From Marsupella aquatica (taxonomy: Eukaryota > Plantae > Marchantiophyta): a stretch of DNA of 64,000 nt. Location of the stretch: positions 21,746,955 through 21,810,954 of the forward strand of contig OZ316893.1 of NCBI GenBank assembly GCA_973895155.1. Direction: 5' to 3'. Under the pieces are notes generated by a model. That model had not been told where the DNA came from and made no database searches. It saw only the letters and a list, made by a program, of their open reading frames with translations. A program made the position numbers and the translations under genes. Below are positions 57,230-64,000 of this stretch, one piece after another. Each line of letters begins with the position of its first letter. The stretch's first letter is position 1.

Positions 57230-59400
57230 ATGGATGCCAGTCACTCATCTGGCTGCATTGAGCGTTTCAGCGGGCGGCCAGACACTGTTTCTTTGCGTGA
57301 GTTCAAATTCACTTTCTACACTGTCGTTTATGAATTGGAGTTGAAATACGACAGCAATTTCACAAATGCTTTTGCATTTAAGCAGCTAGCCATGTATGTG
57401 CACCATGAGGCTTTGGATGTGTATGAGCAGCACTCTCAATGGTTGCTTGCTATCACACAGTTGCCTAACCCTACCTATGCCAATGCAATTACGGCAGCCT
57501 CACAATTGGCCTTATAAAATGCCATTGCAGCCCATGCTACTGCTCTTGCCACTTCCCCTCCTACTCTAGTTCCTACCACTGCGCCAGTTACTCCCACTAT
57601 CTTGGCACAGGCTACATGAGGCTTTTCTCCCACCATTGATTCTCCTGCCTTTGCTGATCTAGTGGCTGAGTTTTTCTAGGTTCTTGAATTGGAATTCCCA
57701 ATCAAGAGTGCTAACAAAATCATGCAGTTGGCCACCTTTGTGAGGCAGCGCAATGAAACATTGAAGATGATGTATCGCTGGCTTCTCAAGCTGAAGAAGG
57801 ACACCCAGAGCATCACTGACCTGGAGGCTGCTCATCGCTATCTTTGCGCATTGGAGGGCACACCAACTCTCCATTTGCAAGTGTTGAAGCAAGTATTCTT
57901 AGAGTTTGGAGACAGCTACACATTGCTCAATGTCTATGACACTGCTGAGAAACCTGAGTTGGCCCATGCACATTATGAGGCCAGTATTACACATCCATTG
58001 CGATCCAGGTACTAGGCTGCTGCCCCTACACTAGCCACTCCTTCCTGTGTGCCACAGTATGGTTCCAAGCCCAAGCCAGCACATGCTGCTTTCATGCTGC
58101 CATCTTGCAACTATTGTGGTAACCCCAATCACAAGGCTAATGAATGTGATATTGTTGCTGAGGACCTGTCTTGTGATTTTTGCAGGAAAGTGGGTCACTT
58201 GGAGGCAGTTTGTTTTGCCAAATTCCCATAGAGGAAGCAACTACGACAATAGGCCCCTCATCCTACTCCTGCTTCCACTCCCCCACCAGCTAGGAGGGGT
58301 CCTATTGCCTCAGTTGCTCCTCCTTCCAGTGGCAAAGCACCCGGTGCTACCAAATTGCCCAAGCAGCAACAGAAGCAACCAGCTCAGAAGGAGGCTCACA
58401 ACGCACAAGCAACTCAACTCCAGTCTCTGACTCATGAGGTTGAGTCCCTACGTGCCCAACTTGCCAACATCAAAGGCAAGTCACCTGCCTCTGCTGGTCC
58501 TTCTCAACCAGCTGGTCACGTGCAACCCATCCCTGGCCCAGGCACCACTAACAGTTTAGCACCTCTACCCCGCTCTTTCTATGGCTTGCCATTTGATGCT
58601 CATATGGGTGAGTGTGTGCTGTCCTCTGCTACACAGCCTGGCCTTATGGCAAAATTTTCAGATTCATTGTGCCCTTCCTATTTTGCTTACCAGCAGGCCA
58701 GTGCTACCTCCCGTATTGCTCCCACTCGCCGCATTGTACAGGCTGATGGTCTTGCTGCCGGTCCTATGACTAGAGCTAGGGGAGCTTGGGCTGTCATGCC
58801 CCAATCTTTTCAGCCACTCACAGTTGCTGAAGAGCGCACCTTGTTGGCAAGGGGGGAGGGAGCTGTAGCTACGTCTATTCCACCACCAGGTGCTGCTGAC
58901 ATTTCATAGGGAGTTATTTCTCCTGAGCTGCTTGAGCATTTCACCTCCGGTATGGCACAACGGATTCTTACAACTCCACTTTTCAGTTGCCACAATTTAC
59001 AACTGGATGCTAGAGCTGTAATCAGAGCGCTAGAGGGCTCATTGCATCCTTTATCAGCCCCTGTGACACCGGTTTTGGAGGTCCAATCTCATGTCCATAC
59101 TGGACCTCCTTCTTCTCCATTACATGCTTCCACTGGTTTGGCTATCCCAGTACCAATTTCCAGTGGTAGCGATGATAGTATTGCTGCAGATTGTGTGACC
59201 AGAGCTACACTGGATTCTGGTCATGCTGCTCCATCTTTCCTGACTATGTTGTTGAGTGGAAATATCGTGGACACTAACTCCCTTCACAAGGTACCTCATC
59301 ATTTGCCAAAAGTGGTGCCTAGTGACAGGACTTCAATTTCCACCACCATTGCCATTGTTGACAACAGGAATTCAGCAGTCAAGTTGGAGGGTCACACTCC
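57230..59400 (+). pseudogene. Retrotransposon Gag with two CCHC zinc knuckles and a Pro/Ala-rich spacer
   Basis: MDASHSSGCIERFSGRPD...; CNYCGNPNHKANEC and CDFCRKVGHLEAVC at 58106-58213; multiple in-frame stops. Confidence 0.85.
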
Positions 59401-59404
59401 TTAG

Positions 59405-59735
59405 GTGGTCATGCTAGACACAGGCGTCAACCAGTGACCTTGGGCATTCAGTTTGCCAAGAAGATGGGACTGTTGACTGATCATTTACAGCAATCCAGGT
59501 GGCACATTCGGATTGCTAGTGGCACTGTGGAGGACGTGCTGGGTGAGAGTTCTACTTTACTCACCCTCACTTTTAATGGAGGTACAGATCAGGAGCTTCA
59601 TTTCCCAATCAGATGCTTGGTTACAAATGCCACTACGTATGATGTGCTCATTGGCCAGGAGGCTTTGTTCCCACCAGGTTTCACCATTGACAACTGGTAT
59701 GAGCATGCATACTACAGAGTTGATTGGGCATACTA
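59405..59735 (+). pseudogene. Retroviral-type aspartic protease
   Basis: VVMLDTG (DTG at 59417-59425), a 1-nt frameshift, then QPVTLGIQFAKKMGL...IRIASG...YDVLIGQEAL. Confidence 0.85.
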
Positions 59736-60082
59736 ATGGCTCACACTTGGGCTACATTCCACTTGATTTGCATGGTGCCCATACACCTATGGCTCACCAC
59801 TATGTGTTAAAAGAAGTGTACACAGCTACCTATGTCAACCACCCATTGCAGGATTGGATTGAGGAAGATGACGATGAGGTGGCTACTGCACATGCTGCTA
59901 CACATATAGCAGCACTTTCCAGCAACGTGGATCGTCAACCGGAGATGGTACAACGGCTCCAAGCAGCCCATGGACCTTTGGTGGCTGCATTGCGCAAATT
60001 TGAGGACCTTGGGCAGCACAATGGACAACCAATAGCCCCAATCTTGAGCGCACCAGTTACATGGACTCCTCCTCCGGATGGC

Positions 60083-61050
60083 CTTACATTGCTTGAGCTT
60101 TTTGGTGGCATTTCTATAGGCCTGGAAGCTCTCCTACAGTCCGGCACGGTGGTGAAGCAGTACATCTACGTGGACATTGATCTAGGTGCAAGGCAAGTGG
60201 CTGAATCCCGTTTGCTAGAATTTTCAGAGCGATTTCCCAAGTAGTTTCCACATGATAGTGCCTAGAAGTCTACATTTTCTTTCTTTTCTCCAGATATCCA
60301 GCTTGTCCAGCACTGGCACTTAACCCTTCTTGGCTCCCTTGATTTGATCATAGCTGGTTGGGAATGCCAAGGGTTTTCAGCTGCTGGTCATGGTGCTGGA
60401 CTGCATGATTCTCGTTTTGGCCTTTTCACAGCATTGGTTCAGATTCTCACTTGGGCTCAATCCCTTTATCCTGCTGTTGGTTATATCATTGAGAATACTC
60501 CATCTCAGTTTGACTAGCGTCCACAGGTCAAAGAGGATTTTAGTGTGGTCCAGCACTACTTGGGACCACCCCTTCTCATTGATGCAGTGCACTGTGGTTC
60601 TTATGCACATCGTCTTCGTAACTTTTAGACTAACCTTGCACCACCTTCCTTGCTGGAGATGGCTCTTCACCACACATCCAGGGACACTAACCTCACAGTG
60701 GACCAGATTTTGGATCCTGACAGTTCTTGCCAACCAGTTACACGGCAAGAGCCAGCACCTTGGTATCCAGCCAATACCATTGGACAGCCCCGTGCTGCTT
60801 GGCCTACATTTGTGTCCTTTCTAGGTGCACATGCTTTTCAGGGTGATGGTCCTGGCCTGGTTTATCGACATTCTATTGGTACATGGGATGAACCTAGTCT
60901 AGAGGAGAGAGAACGGGCTATGGGCTTCCAACCCGGTACTACAGGTCACACCAAAATCACCAGGCTCGCCAAGAATGCTTTACTTGGCAGGGTAATGGAT
61001 CTCAATGCTCTCACTTGGCTTCTGGTCACTTGCATCCTTTTTCAGATGTA
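60083..61050 (+). pseudogene. DNMT3-like C5-cytosine DNA methyltransferase domain inside the pol frame
   Basis: One frame: LTLLELFGGISIG (I), YIYVDID (II), DLIIAGWECQGFSAAG (IV; Cys 60365-60367), DSRFGLF (V), YIIENT (VI), IDAVHCGSYAHRLRNF*TNL (VIII), EERERAMGFQPGTT (IX), RLAKNALLGRVMDLNAL (X). Four TAG stops at 60242, 60263, 60515 and 60626. Confidence 0.9.
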
Positions 61051-61369
61051 CATTCATCCAGCATCAGGAGTTCCAGCCCTACCACTCCATGGTGCTGCTA
61101 CATGGCATCCATACCAGGTGCACTTACCTCTATTCAACACTCACCGCTTCAGTCCAAGTGTTGGGGGGGAGGAGGTCCCTTGTAACGTGGCTGACATTAT
61201 TTCTGAGTTTCATGGTGTGGACCAATTCAGATCAGCAGGTACAACAGGCCTTGGAGAGGCCTCATCACCTTATCAGTAGCATGCTAGCAGCTTGGACAGT
61301 GGAGAGGCTAGCACTTCTGGTTCTTCAAGCACGAGTACATCAGGTCCTATTCCTAGTGTTGCCAACTAC

Positions 61370-62200
61370 ACATTCATCATGGGCAACCACCTGAGTAAAA
61401 GACAGAAGGACCAGTTGCTGAATTTTCTCCTCAAGCATGAGAATGTGTTTGCTTTCTCTATGAAGGACTTGGGTAAGTACAAGACCATGCAGTTCTCCAT
61501 TGAGTTGGCTGATGAAACACCTATCTTCAGGCGGAGACATCGTTTGAGTAAGCATGAGTGGCAGCTGGTGGATGAGAGGTGCCAAGAGTTATATGAAGCT
61601 GGTCTTATTCAGCCATCTACATCAGATTTTGCAACAGCTACAGTGATGCCAGCAAAGAAGGATTCCAGTGGATTGTGGAGAGAGAAGCACATGTGTGGGG
61701 ACTACAGGCCACTGAACCTGGTCACACCCCAAGATAGGTACCCCATGCCACGGCCAGAGGAGCTATTTGATAGCATTGGAGACTCAGACATCTTCACTCT
61801 TGTTGATCTAAGGCAAGGTTTTAACCAGATTTTGCTGCTTGCAAAGGATCGCAAGAAAACAACTTTTCATGGTAGTAACCAACTATGGGAGTGGTTGGTG
61901 ATGCCATTTGGTTTGAAGAATGCGTCCATATTCTTTCAAAGAGTCATGGACCAGGTTCTTCAAGGTGCTGAGTTTCTGAAATGCTACATTGATGATGTGT
62001 TGGTCCACAGCAAAGGATTTGACCAGGTTTGTTCTCTATACCGACCACCAGCCCTTGAAGTGGTTGATGACCAAAGACAAGCTTACTGGCAAGCTTGCTC
62101 GTTGGGCTCTCATACTCCAGGAGTATGATTTTGAGGTTATTCATAGGCCTGGTGTGACACATCAGAATGCTGACACTATGTCCCGTAGCCCTTTGACTGC
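61370..62200 (+). pseudogene. Reverse transcriptase fused by deletion to the C-terminal part of RNase H
   Basis: HMCGDYRPLN, DRYPMP, VDLRQGFNQI, VMPFGLKNA, YIDD (61985-61996); at ~62025 the sequence jumps frame to RFVLYTDHQPLKWL...LARWALILQEYDFEVIHRPG...NADTMSR. Confidence 0.92.
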
Positions 62201-62479
62201 CTCTGATGATTCCTCAGATGCACGGTAGGATTTTGATCAGGGTTCCATCCTGACTATATTTCATGCATCTACCTATCTTGCTTTGCTGCCATGCTACGTT
62301 GTTGACCAACCTGTGGTGGACATATGGGAGGACAACGATACTCTGAGATTTCTGCAGCATGGGGAATATCCCACACATGTCACTGCAGCCCAAAGAGACC
62401 AAATTCAGCAAAGGTCCAAGCGTTACTTGTGGAAGGGAGATCATCTTGTGCGCTGCTTGCCAGATAGGGAAGTGGTGGT

Positions 62480-63610
62480 TCCACCCATTCATGAGAGGGT
62501 TGGCCTTATTCGTAAGGTACATTCTGAGCTTGGTCATTTTGGTGTTAAGAGGACTTATAACCTCTTGGTCCTCCATTATCATTAGAGAGGCATGCATGGC
62601 CAGGTTCAAGATGTTGTTGCCCGATGTGAGCAGTGTGATAGGGTAAGGACTTCTTTCACATCTCGGCAACCCACACTTCATCCACTCCCTATTCAGGGCA
62701 TGTTTTATCGTTGGTCATGTGATTTGGCTAGAGAATTACCCCTCACATCTTGGGGTAATCTCTACATCATGATCATGATAGAGCATTTCTCCAAGTGGAT
62801 AGAACTTGTGGCATTGCCGGATAAGACCTCCCGTAGCACCAGCCAGGCATTCCTGCAACAAGTTCTCAGCCGCTTTGGAGCTTGTGCCGAATGTCTCACT
62901 GACCAAGGCTCAGAGTTTAGAGGAGAGTTCCAGGAGCTGCTTGATCAGGCCCTCATTGATCATCGCCGGACATCACGAGATCACCCACAGGCAGATGGCT
63001 TGGCAGAGCGCATGGTTTAGACATGCAAGAAGGGCCTTCGGAAGAACTGCCTCACCAAAAACAAGGAGGATTGAGACCTGGCCTTACCCTACATTGCTAT
63101 GGGGTATAGGATGTCCAGACATGCATCACTGTCTAACTTTTCTCCCTACTTCTTGTTGTTTGGTCGTCACCCAGTTCCACCTTTTGCTATTGCTGCTCAC
63201 ATGCTTCAGGTGGTGGACTTGGATTCAGCTGTGACTTGGTCTGATGTGATCTCTGAGAGGGCTGCCCTATTCAGGAGGGTTATGCCCATGGCCATGGAGA
63301 ATTTGGCCATTGCACAGCACAGGGACACACTACGTTATGCACACACACGAAGGGGCACTTTTCAGCCCAAGGTCAGAAAGTTTGATGTGGGAGATCTTGT
63401 GTACTTGCAGCGGCAAGCTAACGACACCCTGGACACCTCTACCAGTCGTACTATTCTCAGGGTTAAAGCTATTCGACTGTCTGGAGTGCTAGAGTTACAA
63501 GGGGCAGATGGACGCACAATTGCTGACAATGCCAAGAATTGCGCCCCTTGTCATCTGCCTAACCTGGATCCCACCATTGTGACTTCTATCTGGATCCCAC
63601 CTGTGGACTA
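62480..63610 (+). pseudogene. Integrase (HHCC zinc finger, DDE core, C-terminal extension)
   Basis: VHSELGHFG...CEQCDR; WSCDLA, LTDQGSEF, HPQADGLAERMV; SPYFLLFGRHP; stops at 62583, 63018 and 63072. Confidence 0.92.
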
Positions 63611-63615
63611 CCTTT

Positions 63616-63768
63616 TGCAAAGTGTGTTTGCGAATTGACGATGCTGACCAGATGCTGTTGTGTGATAATTGCAATGGAGGGTACCATCTTTTCTGCCTTC
63701 GGCCTGAACTTACCCAGGTGCCAGAAGGGTTATGGTTTTGCCCTTCCTATGCTCCACGTGCTATCTGA
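63616..63768 (+). pseudogene. PHD finger at the integrase C-terminus
   Basis: After a 1-nt frameshift at ~63612: CKVCLRIDDADQMLLCDNCNGGYHLFCLRPELTQVPEGLWFCPSY, a C4HC3 pattern with the last Cys read as TAT; stop TGA at 63766-63768. Not in the supplied ORF track. Confidence 0.9.
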
Positions 63769-64000
63769 CTTTTCTTCAGCCCTCCTTTTGGCTGTAGTCT
63801 GGGGGGATATAGAGGTTTACACCTCCACTACGTACATACCACCTCATTTGTTTTTTCTTGGCACTTGTGAATGTGATTGGACTTTTTCTATGCATGTTGG
63901 TTGCTAGCAGCTTGCACATATGCATTGCCGATGACTTGTATATTTGCGATACACTATGGCTACGATACTATATGTCACGACAGCTGTCATGCTGAGGGAT

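Larger units (their letters stand above)
56453..64000 (+). mobile_element. Decayed Ty3/Gypsy LTR retrotransposon: Gag-PR-C5 methyltransferase-RT-(RNase H)-IN-PHD; probably continues past the window end
   Basis: Domain order Gag/PR/RT/RH/IN is Ty3/Gypsy. ORF fragments 57200, 57689, 58049, 58355, 58952, 59513, 60650 and 61292 share one frame broken by stops. The left boundary rests on the putative LTR below. Confidence 0.93.

Noticed and set aside
60241-60301. Intron removing the first two stops in the methyltransferase (pyrimidine tract plus CAG at 60293)
   Set aside because: Candidate introns of 53 or 61 nt would shift the frame, the donor is weak, and motif spacing fits simple read-through of decayed codons.
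60083-61050. Methyltransferase as an independent host DNMT3/DRM gene or a bacterial restriction-modification gene
   Set aside because: No own start, introns or regulatory domains; motif order is not permuted as in DRM; it is in frame with gag and RT and decayed in the same way.
63801-64000. Polypurine tract and start of the 3' LTR
   Set aside because: The G-run is short and the following sequence neither starts with TG nor matches the candidate 5' LTR; left unassigned.

Overview
Eukaryotic, intron-containing plant nuclear DNA (gene content and repeat landscape suggest a non-seed land plant such as a bryophyte; this is inference only). Five host genes lie on the minus strand: two tandem five-exon aldo-keto reductase paralogues (1744-4537, 9873-12610), an F-box/Kelch protein (20132-22942), a nine-exon phytanoyl-CoA dioxygenase (37218-41000) and a seven-exon organelle-targeted LpxC (46499-49171). 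All exon chains were rebuilt by hand with GT-AG boundaries and matching phases. Intergenic DNA carries tRNA-derived SINEs, several MITE-like insertions with visible TIRs/TSDs, and diverged tandem arrays. The main discovery is at the right end (about 56453 to beyond 64000): a decayed Ty3/Gypsy LTR retrotransposon whose gag-pol reading frame carries a complete DNMT3-like C5-cytosine methyltransferase domain (motifs I, II, IV, VI, VIII, IX, X) between protease and reverse transcriptase, plus a PHD finger fused to the integrase C-terminus. In other words, a retroelement carrying its own epigenetic writer and reader. This copy is non-functional (in-frame stops, frameshifts, an internal RT/RNase H deletion), and its 3' LTR is not visible in the window.
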